The position numbers and the translations under genes were made by a program. From an uncultured Planctomycetota bacterium (lineage in GTDB: Bacteria > Planctomycetota > Planctomycetia > Pirellulales > Lacipirellulaceae), in contig CAVRBU010000004.1 in the NCBI GenBank assembly GCA_963719315.1, positions 288,001 through 352,000 of the forward strand: a stretch of DNA of 64,000 bases. Direction: 5' to 3'. Below are positions 30,220-38,730 of the stretch, one piece after another. How positions within the stretch are numbered: position 1 is the first letter of the stretch; each line of letters begins with the position of its first letter. A model generated the notes under the pieces. It saw only the letters and a list, made by a program, of their open reading frames with translations, made no database searches and was not told where the DNA came from.

Positions 30220-30672
30220 GATTCCGCAAGCTGCGAATCGCGTGGTCGGTGGCGTGGGGCATACTCGCCGTGTTGCTCTGTGTGTTGTGGGTGCGGAGTT
30301 ACAAAATAGCCGACATCGTGTCGGGGCATATCACGACTTTCAAAACCTTCAGTATAACGTCGGACAAAGGGCGGTTTCTCGCATGGCTTAACACGGCTGC
30401 CCCTATCCTTCGTCCTCCTGCTCATTGGCACATGACTTACGTTCCTGGTGTTGTGAGCTGGAAACTTTGGACGTATGGCAAGTTGCCTGTTCCTTATGCC
30501 GGTTGGTACATCCATGCACCTCAAGGGCTGTTCATATTGTTGGCAGCCGCGACTCGCCATAACTCCGTGGATATCGTGGCCTAACCGCTTCAGCCTCCGA
30601 ACTTTGCTAATCGCCATGACGCTAATCGCGGTGGTGATGGGGGCGGCTGCTATGATGTTGAGGGGAAGCTGA
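30216..30672 (+). CDS. Planctomycete membrane protein (MRFRKLRIAWS...RFSLRTLL type); frameshift at about 30550
   Basis: N-terminal TM ...CVLWVRSY; C-terminal PW...RFSLRTLLIAMTLIAVVMG in a second frame. Confidence 0.65.
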
Positions 30673-30708
30673 GGGAGGCGCGATAGGATGGTGGCAACTG
30701 ATAGCTCC

Positions 30709-31179
30709 ATGACTGACACAACTCGCGCTCGCTGGTTTTCGTTTAGGCTGCGTACGCTGCTGGCAGTAATGACCGGCTGCGCCTTCGTTGCTTTTGTTGC
30801 GCAATGGATACTTTCACAAGCGGGCGGCGTGCGAACTGCCATCCTGGTCATACCGTGGGCGATTGGATCATTCGCCGGAATATATCTGGCTGTCAGATCC
30901 AACCGCAGCACACTACTTTGGGCGATGGGAGGCGGTGTACTAGGTTGCCTGCTTTGCCCCGGAACTCTCGTGGTATTCCTTTACCTCAATGACATGAATG
31001 GAGTTAGGAGCTTGTCCACTTTGTGGACGCAACTGGCGATTGCTGTCTGCGGTAGCTGGTTGCTGGCCGCTTTTATCGGCACTACGCGAGAAGGACTATT
31101 TTTTTGGCGAAAGTGCAGGCTAGTCGATCGTGATTCACGGCACATCCCACACACTAACTTACCACCGCCCACGTACTGA
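30709..31179 (+). CDS. Membrane protein with planctomycete FSFRLRTLL N-terminal motif
   Basis: RWFSFRLRTLLAVMT plus about four hydrophobic helices. Confidence 0.65.
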   Translation: MTDTTRARWFSFRLRTLLAVMTGCAFVAFVAQWILSQAGGVRTAILVIPWAIGSFAGIYLAVRSNRSTLLWAMGGGVLGCLLCPGTLVVFLYLNDMNGVRSLSTLWTQLAIAVCGSWLLAAFIGTTREGLFFWRKCRLVDRDSRHIPHTNLPPPTY

Positions 31180-31302
31180 ATCGGAACCGATCGCGAGCAA
31201 CCAACTTGCTTTTTGAAGGTTGGCTTTAGTAAGCTGGGCTTATACAGGCATTTCCCAACTAATAACTAGTTCGTCGCCTCCAACGCATCAGGAACCACCG
31301 CA

Positions 31303-31773
31303 ATGGCAAGCTCGTTTTGGAAACTCTCAATGGCCGGCGACGATTTCAAAAGCATTCTCGAGGTGCTGGACTGGATTCGACGCGGAGTTGTCCTCGTCCA
31401 CAAGGACACGCGTGCCAAAGGGACGTCCCAAACTTCCCAAGGCCAATACTTCACTGAGCTGGAACGCCTTGGTGATTACTTTTACCTTTGTCACGGCAAC
31501 CATGAACCCGCAGTTCTCTTCCTGGGCCAATTTACAGGGCCACCAAATCTCTTCTGTGAACGCGGGCACGGTTGGGCGGAACGATCGTTTCGATGGATTC
31601 GCACTTCGATCTCAACCAAAAACTACAACGGCCAAGCGAAATGGTGGGCTCCGAATCACAACAGCACATTTACGAAAATCCCCGAATCAGATCTCGATGA
31701 ATTTGAATCGGGTATATTGGCACCGTATTTCGACATGCACCTTGCCGACTTTAGGATCGACTATGAGTCGTAG
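31303..31773 (+). CDS. Hypothetical protein, possibly EVE/PUA-like (resembles N-terminal domains of McrB-type GTPases)
   Basis: FWKLS start, GDYFYLCHG, LGQF, WWAPN.NSTF, ILAPYF. The family link is from memory only. Confidence 0.55.
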   Translation: MASSFWKLSMAGDDFKSILEVLDWIRRGVVLVHKDTRAKGTSQTSQGQYFTELERLGDYFYLCHGNHEPAVLFLGQFTGPPNLFCERGHGWAERSFRWIRTSISTKNYNGQAKWWAPNHNSTFTKIPESDLDEFESGILAPYFDMHLADFRIDYES

Positions 31774-32159
31774 TACTATGATGGATGGCGAATCAAACGG
31801 CCGATGAACTAAACGGTGAGCCCCGGACAGCGCCGGCCGATGACGACGGTGGAGCTGACGCTAAAAGTCCAACGGCGCGGATGCCGTCCGCTCGACCGCG
31901 CTGAGGACGTGGAGCATGCCATACGGAGTGTGCTTCAATATCATCGGCGGCCGTTTCGGAAGGATGATAAGGGGCGGTGGGAAGTGGCAGAAAACTCAAC
32001 GAAAGCCAATTAAACCTCCCTTACCCCGTTAGGGGCGCGCCTTTTTTCGAATTCTGCCACATTATCTATTGCGATTAGCCTGCCCCGACGCCAAATATGG
32101 GAGTATCTGCTCTCATTTGAAAGGCACATATACAATTGTATGTGCTGGCGGGGGTTTGC

Positions 32160-32947
32160 ATGGCGGCACAGCCGAAGTACCTTTTCACAGCGATTGTTGA
32201 TCCTGATCCGCTCGGATTGAGCCAGGCTCACAAGCCGTGGGTAAAGGGTTATATTGCGGCTCGCCATAAATGGGACCGCTCGCTGGAGAGTCCATATTGC
32301 ATTGCCAACGAAGCGATTTGTGCAGAGCTGGGGCGGTACATCGGTCTTCCGATACCGCCTTACGCGATAACACGAACATTTAACAACGAGTTCAGCGACC
32401 GCGATTTGGTGTCGTTCCTTGATTTTAATTGGGGCAGGCGCAATCCGAGTCCAGTCGAACCCGACTACTGTTTGCAATCACTTCCACAAATTTGTGCAGG
32501 CATCGTGGTTTTTGATGTTCTAATTGCTAACCCGGATCGTCACGACGAAAACCTCGCCGTGGATCGAACGGATACGCCAAAGGACATGCGAGTATACGAC
32601 CACGATGTCGCGTTATTCGGAAACGTAGCAGGCAAGGGAATTCAAAGACTGAATGAGATGCAATCGCGACTCGGAATAACTGGCAGCACAATGACCGGCG
32701 GCAATCGCCACGTATTTTTGGACTCAATCACCACGAACGAACATTTTGAACCTGGGTTATTCGAATTGAAGAGATACCACACGGTTTTATTGAGCGGCTA
32801 TGTAATAGAGCAAAAGAATTCGGCATTACCCAAGAAGAAGCGGATCGTGCGCACACGTTCCTCTACAGGCGAAAGCTTGATCTTCGGGGAATTCTAAACA
32901 GACACAAGGCAGACTTTCCTGGAATTACGAATTGGCCATCGATATGA
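32160..32947 (+). CDS. HipA-like kinase; frameshift at about 32752
   Basis: ANEAICAELGRYIGLPIP, FDVLIANPDRHDENL, YDHD. The corrected frame ends ...NWPSI* with an ATGA overlap. Confidence 0.8.
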
Positions 32948-33741
32948 GCCACCCACCACGATTTTTGATCGTCAAATACGTTCCCGACTGGAACGAATGG
33001 AGCCTCGCAACATTGGAGTAATCTTGTGGAGCGAAGGCTACGTTGCTGCGCGGTTTTTCGGTGAAGGGGAAGATGGTTCGAGGCTACGCCCCCCGCCGTT
33101 TATTGAGAGGAGAAATCGCGTTGTGTATGGTGATTGGGTAAGGTACTGGCATCGTAATTTGGCAAAACCAAAACTAAACGGTATTGTCCGTGAGAGCGTG
33201 CAATTTGTCGATGCTGTTTGCTCAAAGTCTCGCGATAACTACATCGTTGTTAAGGGTGGACAACTCTTAACGACTCTTACCCCCGATGAATGCCGCGAGG
33301 CTGTAGATGAATTATTTGATCGGTTTGTGGGCGATGCGCCCTTCTGTAAAGCTTCGGCAAGCCTGCGACCTGGCTATTAACAACGCCTTAACAAAAGAAC
33401 AGTACGCCAAAAACTTTCTGTTTGAATGTCGCGTAGCTGGTAAAGTAACACACACATTTAAGTTTAATTACGCCGGCGTACAGCTAGGCAACCTGCCTCG
33501 CGCACTTTTTCAGCGGGTTGATCTAGATCAAGACGGGAGCGTGAATAGCGCAACGCTTATGTTTGAATCGGCAACAAAAAAAAACATTAGCAAAGATCAA
33601 TGCGGGGCTCTCATTGTTGATGGCACCTCAAACCACCAAAGCGCCTGGGATATGCTAGGCTCGTTTGCAACGTTTGTGGACGTGTCCAATCTGAATGAAG
33701 CGCGATATACGATTCGCCAAATGTCTGGACTTAACGGCTAA
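32944..33741 (+). CDS. DUF3037 domain protein; frameshifts at about 32995 and 33345
   Basis: FLIVKYVPD..MEPRNIGVIL N-terminal motif; translationally coupled to the kinase; C-terminal HTFKFNY. Confidence 0.7.
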
Positions 33742-33817
33742 CCAGGTGATAGCACCAATGTCTTGGCCGGAATGAAAAAAGCTCGCCTATCTCTGAAGTT
33801 CGCACGCTCTTCCTCTT

Positions 33818-33912
33818 GGAGAGCGGCTCGCGCCTTGGGGGCGTATCAGCCTTATACTCTACGATAGGTACCGCGCCCGCGGTTGGGTTCGATTCCCCCT
33901 CTCTCTCTGCTA
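33818..33912 (+). ncRNA. tRNA-like gene with 9/3 fold (allo-tRNA-like), probable anticodon UAU, partly degenerate
   Basis: Acceptor GGAGAGCGG/CCTCTCTCT, D-stem GCGCC/GGCGT, loop CTTATAC, long variable arm ACCGC/GCGGT, T-arm GGG-TTCGATT-CCC, 3' end GCTA. Confidence 0.65.
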
Positions 33913-33944
33913 AGCACGACCTTGCGCTGCAGCGGACCTCGGCC

Positions 33945-33992
33945 GCCGCCGGCTCGCAACTTCCGACGGGCTAATTCAAATTGTCAATGAAC
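33945..33992 (-). repeat. Repeat A copy 3
   Basis: GCCGCCGGCTCGCAACTTCCGACGGGCTAATTCAAATTGTCAATGAAC. Confidence 0.85.
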
Positions 33993-34011
33993 ACCGGCCG
34001 CGTTGGCTGTC

Positions 34012-34218
34012 CTCGCTCAGTTGGGACGACGTTCGCGGCCTTTGGCTCGCGTTCGTTTGGTACTGCTCGTAACGAACCTCTGTTCCATCAGCCGGTCGGA
34101 AAACTCTAGTCCGCCATCCAACTGTGTGCAGTGCGCGAATACGTCATCGCCACCGACTTCAGGACGGATGAAAAAATAGCCTTTATCGAGTCGCAAACTA
34201 ACTACGTGCGTTTCGCAT
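34012..34218 (-). pseudogene. Cold-shock domain protein, frameshifted (absent from the ORF track)
   Basis: Minus strand reads VVSLRLDKGYFFIRPEVGGDDVFAHCTQL...KAANVVP, i.e. RNP1 KGY.FI and RNP2 DVF.H. Confidence 0.65.
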
Positions 34219-35309
34219 GACGTTTTCCGTTGGGCTAATGCACGATCGCGATCGATGCATAGCTAACTCCATCGCTAACAGCATCGGGCAATCTTCCAGT
34301 TTCGCCGCAATCCGCAAGTCGTCGGGCACGTGCTTGTATTTGCGCTAGGGTGAAATGCTCGCGGCCAGTGAAATCTTATCGCTGACACGATGGCTAACAG
34401 ACGGCGACGCTTCTTCGCTGAAAACTAACTCTCTTGCGCAATGCGTCAAATAGTTGTGTGCGAGTTTTTCTATCGCGTCATGTAAATCTGGATCAACGTT
34501 TCATTGGTTTGCGCATGGCTTCTGCTGATCGCTCGAATTGATCTACGCTGCGCGCGAATCGACGCTAACTTCGTGGATCATGTAGCGGCTGCTGATGCTT
34601 ATCGTTACGCTGTTGCACGACGCACGCGATTAAGGTTCGAACTCGCGCTAAGCTATCGACGAAAGCATCTGTCTGGCGTGCGGGACATAATGACTTCGTG
34701 CATTGCTAAGGCTGTAAAAACGTCGCTACTATCTGAGCGAATGCGGAGTTCGATGTCAGCATGCTGGGGATCGAAAGCATCTCTTGGAGGATTTTCGTGA
34801 TTCGTCGGTGCTTTCGAGCGTACAACTAGACGACGGGCGCTCGCGCGCGGTTTGTGATGAGAGTCTTTGGACGTGCGCTGTCGTCCAGCAGATTAACGTA
34901 GTGGCTTCCTCGCGCAGTTGCTCGGCTCAGCGGTGCTGACGCTGATCCTGCTCAATCTCCATGAGTGTCAGCTCGCACGATTCCATTCGCGTAAGGCCAC
35001 ACGGGCTTGGCTCGTCAGCTATTTCCGGCCGGCGATGGCGGTCACTTCCATCCGCTCAAGCAACTCGGAGATTGGTGATGTTTGATTTCATGCTACTTGC
35101 TCTCTTTGTTGATGTTGTGTTAGTGTTTGATTGTTGGGAGTGATATAAGATACGTGTTTAGTTTATGCGTGTTTATTTGATGTGTATGTAGTTTTTTAAT
35201 GCTTGTATGTTTCGCTGTATGTGCGTAGTTTATATGTTAATTGATAGAAGATAGCGTTTGGTGTTAATGTTTGTTATGGTTTAGTTTTCTCACTGTAGTA
35301 TCGCTCTGG

Positions 35310-35525
35310 TTATATTACATTTCTAATTTTTGGTATCTCTACGTTAACTTTGAACGGCTCACGGCACGATCGGCAGATTGCAAGCCGGGTTCGCGAGCCG
35401 TCGCCGTTCGCCACGCTGCGAACAGTTGTATGTTCCGGGCTTCCGCAATGGGCGCACGTCACCGCATCGACCGTCACGATCGGGGCCGCTGTCCAGTCAA
35501 TGCGATGTGAGGCCGGGCCATTCAT
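35310..35525 (-). CDS. Ogr/Delta-like zinc finger protein
   Basis: CAHCGS...TVRS...RLAICRSCREPF; overlaps the TerS stop. Confidence 0.6.
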   Translation of the reverse strand: MNGPASHRIDWTAAPIVTVDAVTCAHCGSPEHTTVRSVANGDGSRTRLAICRSCREPFKVNVEIPKIRNVI

Positions 35526-35998
35526 CGAAGCAAGTCCTCTAGTTCGCGGTCACTATCCGCGAAAAGATTACGCCGCCGAACGCCGCTCGTTGTCGATGTC
35601 TGCGGGTCGATGCGAAGGCTAGAGCGTGATGTCGGCGTCAAACCGAACTTCTGGCCGATGGTTGTAATTTGCTCGATGCACTTGGATTCGATCATCAAGG
35701 CCGGATGTCGCCGGCCATCGAGAATGAGGCCGTCACGGCCGAGTATCTCGCGGGCCTCCGCTAGCCGCTGGTGAGCGTGGCAGTAGCACGCCAACGCCGA
35801 ACTATCCAAGGGACACAACAATCCCTCGATGTCGCTCAACTCGCCAACAACTTCGTCCCAAACTTTGGCCGCGATGGGGGCCAACCATTCAGGCTTGCGG
35901 GGTTCGCCGGCACAGGTGGCCAGCGGAATTCCGTCTTGCGTTTCGTCGTAACTTCCATCCATCAGTTTTGCTCCGATTGGTGCTCTGTTCCGTCCCAT
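35522..35998 (-). CDS. Phage terminase small subunit, P27 family
   Basis: PEWLAPIAAKVW, LDSSALACYC, HPAL, FGLTPTSRSSL; GGAGG RBS. Confidence 0.88.
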   Translation of the reverse strand: MGRNRAPIGAKLMDGSYDETQDGIPLATCAGEPRKPEWLAPIAAKVWDEVVGELSDIEGLLCPLDSSALACYCHAHQRLAEAREILGRDGLILDGRRHPALMIESKCIEQITTIGQKFGLTPTSRSSLRIDPQTSTTSGVRRRNLFADSDRELEDLLR

Positions 35999-36028
35999 TG
36001 ATCCTCCAAGTAAAAGCTATTTTTCGGA

Positions 36029-36450
36029 TTAAAATACGACACACTGTCGTGATGGTTTCCGTGATCGCGAGACCCGGAAAAATCCTTCCCCCGGTGGGGT
36101 GTTACTGCTAGCCGCTGATTCCCTTGCGGTTTTTCTCGAATGGCAGGACCAGCACAGTGCGCGGAGATTCGCCCAGCAATACAGCAACTCCTCATTGCCT
36201 TCGTGCGGTGTTACGTGATCCACGCACTCAGCCGCTTTAGTAATGCCGTGCTCGACACACTCCTCGCACAATGGGTGCGCTGCTAGGTAGGGCTTCTGGT
36301 AGTGGTCGTCCATCTGCGGGTATATCCACGCTGGCTACGCGATGGGCGGGTGTCTGGTGTCCGTTGCTTGGCGTGGATCGCACAACGGCTGGAACCGTCT
36401 GTCAGTCTCAGGCAGCCGGGCGACGAGCATATTGACTTGGCTCTGTTCAT
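36029..36450 (-). CDS. Phage HNH endonuclease (HK97 gp74-like); frameshift at about 36300
   Basis: N-terminal CSSPGC...RCAIH, RGY...W, HPLCEEC, VDHVTPHEG, NLRALCWSCHSRKT. Confidence 0.85.
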
Positions 36451-36574
36451 TGCGTCACCATCCCACGTCCGTCACGTTGCGGTACGCTTCGAGCTCGCGG
36501 TTGAACCAGTAAAGAGCCAGCGCAGGATAGTCACGGGTGCTGTCGCCTTGCGGCGCTTGTGCTGTCCGCCGAGG

Positions 36575-37590
36575 TCACGCACCGAGGGCCTTGAGCTTCT
36601 CGGCGCATTGGCGTTTGCGTTCCTCGATGTCGATGGTCGATAGGTCGCTGCAATCCGGTTCTTCTGCATTGGTTTTCTCCTCATGTTCAAAAAAAACGTC
36701 CACAGCGGACACCGCGACAAGCGGTTCCGCTGTTCCTTTAAGAGTTCCATTAAGAGTTCCTTTAAGAGTTCCCTTAAGTAGATGGCTCATTTCTGCACCC
36801 CCCCTGGTCCATTTCTGCCCCCCGTGGCTCATTTTTGCGCGGGTCGTGGCTCACTTTTAGGCCACGGTGAAGGGTTACCAAAGGGTTAGCTAACTGTTCG
36901 CAGTGGCTCATTTCTGCGCTTCGGTGGATTAGCTCGTTTGGCACCTGGAAGTCGGGGTTGAGATACAGCGTGTCGGCCATCGTTCGGCAGCGCCCGTAGT
37001 CGTCGCGATACCACGCGGCCGGGTCCACCAAGAGCAGCCCACGATCCACGAGTTTCGCCTTGGCAATCGAGATCGAACGCTTGGATAATCCGCTATCCTT
37101 GGCTAGCGTCGCCACTGGATATTGCAGCCGGTTGTAAACGTCATCGCCTTCCGCGGAGCCATTGGTGATCGCATCATTCAATGAGTCCCTGGACACGACG
37201 AGGGCGAAGACAGCACGCTCGGCCCAACTCGGCAACATCTGGGCCGCCCATCGTGGAAGGATCGCAAACTTAGCGCCGTGGTTTGCGCTCAGATACCCCT
37301 GCGACACGTAGTACGTTGCTGTGCGCCGCCGCTGCCGCCCTTTGTGTTTCAAGAGTACGGCCTTGAGGAGCTGTTCAACGTGCCGCTTAACGGTCGGACG
37401 GGGCACGCACGCCTTAGCAGCTATCACTGCCAGGCTAGCAAACGTCTCGCCGCTGTGCTTGGCGAGTGCACGGTACGCCGCGAAGGTCTGTGCTGCTGGT
37501 CCGACCATCTGCATCACTTCCCGTGGAAGTCCTCAGCGCGTCATAGCGCTTAACTTCCGACAACGGCGTTGTTGTGGTATCCTGACTCAC
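36575..37590 (-). CDS. Winged-helix replication initiator-like protein (frameshifts at about 37530 and 36830)
   Basis: Two HTH segments (FASLAVIAAKACVPRPTVKRHVEQL; YPVATLAKDSGLSKRSISIAKAKL). Iterons lie inside the 3' half. Confidence 0.65.
36732..36917. promoter_or_regulatory. Putative replication origin: five iterons plus four tandem AT-rich 12-mers
   Basis: TGGCTCATTTCTGC-like units at 36783, 36805, 36825, 36847 and 36904; GTTCCHTTAAGW x4 at 36732-36779. Confidence 0.7.
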
Positions 37591-37647
37591 TGAACTTCCA
37601 TGTAGCCCGGCGGTTCGATTGGCGTTGGGCCGCCGGGCATTTAATTC

Positions 37648-37926
37648 TTACACGCCCAGTTCCGCGGCGCGCTTTTCTGCGCACTCGATTGACCTTTGAC
37701 GTTGGCGGGGAGTTTCGCCGTTCACGATCGGCACGCCGTTGATCGCTGCGACCCATCGCTCGTATGCGGGCGACGTCGTGAACTTCTTGCCGCCGATGCT
37801 GAAGGATTCGAGCACGTGCCCCTTGCAGCCTCGCAAGGACCAACGCCAAACGGTTGAGAGATGGACGCCTTCACGGCGAGCCAGAGCGGAGAATGAGATG
37901 CGGGGCTCAGATAGAATCGAACTCAT
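37648..37926 (-). CDS. DUF1580 HTH protein (excisionase/AlpA-like)
   Basis: VHLSTVWRWSLRGCKG..LES..IGG...TT, C-terminal AAELGV. Confidence 0.8.
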   Translation of the reverse strand: MSSILSEPRISFSALARREGVHLSTVWRWSLRGCKGHVLESFSIGGKKFTTSPAYERWVAAINGVPIVNGETPRQRQRSIECAEKRAAELGV

Positions 37927-38044
37927 AGCAATCCTCGCAATGAAAGTAAGTGACTACTTCCATTGTCGAGTAACTGCTATTGAACGCGATTCAATTCAGC
38001 GTCTCACGCGGACAGATGTACTTATTTCCGTGGAAGAATGTACT

Positions 38045-38617
38045 TCATTCCGCAATGCCACGTTTTCGCAACTCCTCACTAATTGTTTTGCTACTGACTA
38101 CTGCTCCGCCGCGGTGCCGAACGACATCTTCCGTGACACACTTCAACCAATCCTTTTTGCCGGTGTGCTTTGCATACGCTACTTGCAAAATAAGGTCGGG
38201 GACACCACTCAATTTTGTCTTTCCCTCCTTAGTAAGACGCCTTTGTGTGTGATATCGCGACAGCTCACGATGCGCTTTGTGCGCGCCCATTCCCCACTGC
38301 CAAATCCGCTCTACTTCGTGGAGATGAGCGTCAAAGGTAAAAGCCATCCGAATTACCTTAGCCATATCTCCGGCTTTGCGAGCGGCTTCTAACTGATAAA
38401 GACATTGAAGCGCAATAACTGTATGGGTTGTTTCATACGATGTCTGACCCATGAGATACGATCGCTTGCCCTTGAATTCGAGCATCTCATCGGTTTTCTT
38501 TTTCGTCACATAGGGTGCAATCTTTTCCTCCAGAATCTCACGCCACATACGAATATGTTGTTCATCTGAAACAGCCGCCGGGTCATTCGCCCGAATATCC
38601 ACACATCTGTAGTCCAT
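38045..38617 (-). CDS. Hypothetical protein
   Basis: 190 aa with AAGGA RBS, between integrase and xis; possible C-terminal HTH. Confidence 0.65.
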   Translation of the reverse strand: MDYRCVDIRANDPAAVSDEQHIRMWREILEEKIAPYVTKKKTDEMLEFKGKRSYLMGQTSYETTHTVIALQCLYQLEAARKAGDMAKVIRMAFTFDAHLHEVERIWQWGMGAHKAHRELSRYHTQRRLTKEGKTKLSGVPDLILQVAYAKHTGKKDWLKCVTEDVVRHRGGAVVSSKTISEELRKRGIAE

Positions 38618-38730
38618 GGCATCATCCTTTCAGCCGGGCCGATCGGCCGGCGCCGTGGCGATGATGTTTCCACAGCGGCCGGCCAATCGTGTGCGGTAAA
38701 TTACTCCGCGACCCGAACAATAAATAAATT

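Noticed and set aside
31816..32013. 65-aa ORF between the EVE-like gene and the kinase
   Set aside because: No recognisable motif or clear RBS; cannot be supported as a gene.
33818..33912. Canonical tRNA-Sec, or the att site of another element
   Set aside because: No UCA anticodon, the T-stem is 3 bp rather than 5, no sel genes nearby, and no second copy in the window.
26994..33992. Repeat A as integron attC sites
   Set aside because: No RYYYAAC...GTTRRRY ends, the modules hold several genes, and the integrase shows no integron-integrase features.
34504..34800. 98-aa plus-strand ORF (also 34961..35143 and 35271..35510)
   Set aside because: No RBS or motifs; they lie in the degraded or C-depleted tract and are probably chance frames.
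35080..35345. Diversity-generating retroelement variable region
   Set aside because: No template repeat or reverse transcriptase in the window, and the bias is loss of C rather than adenine-specific variation.
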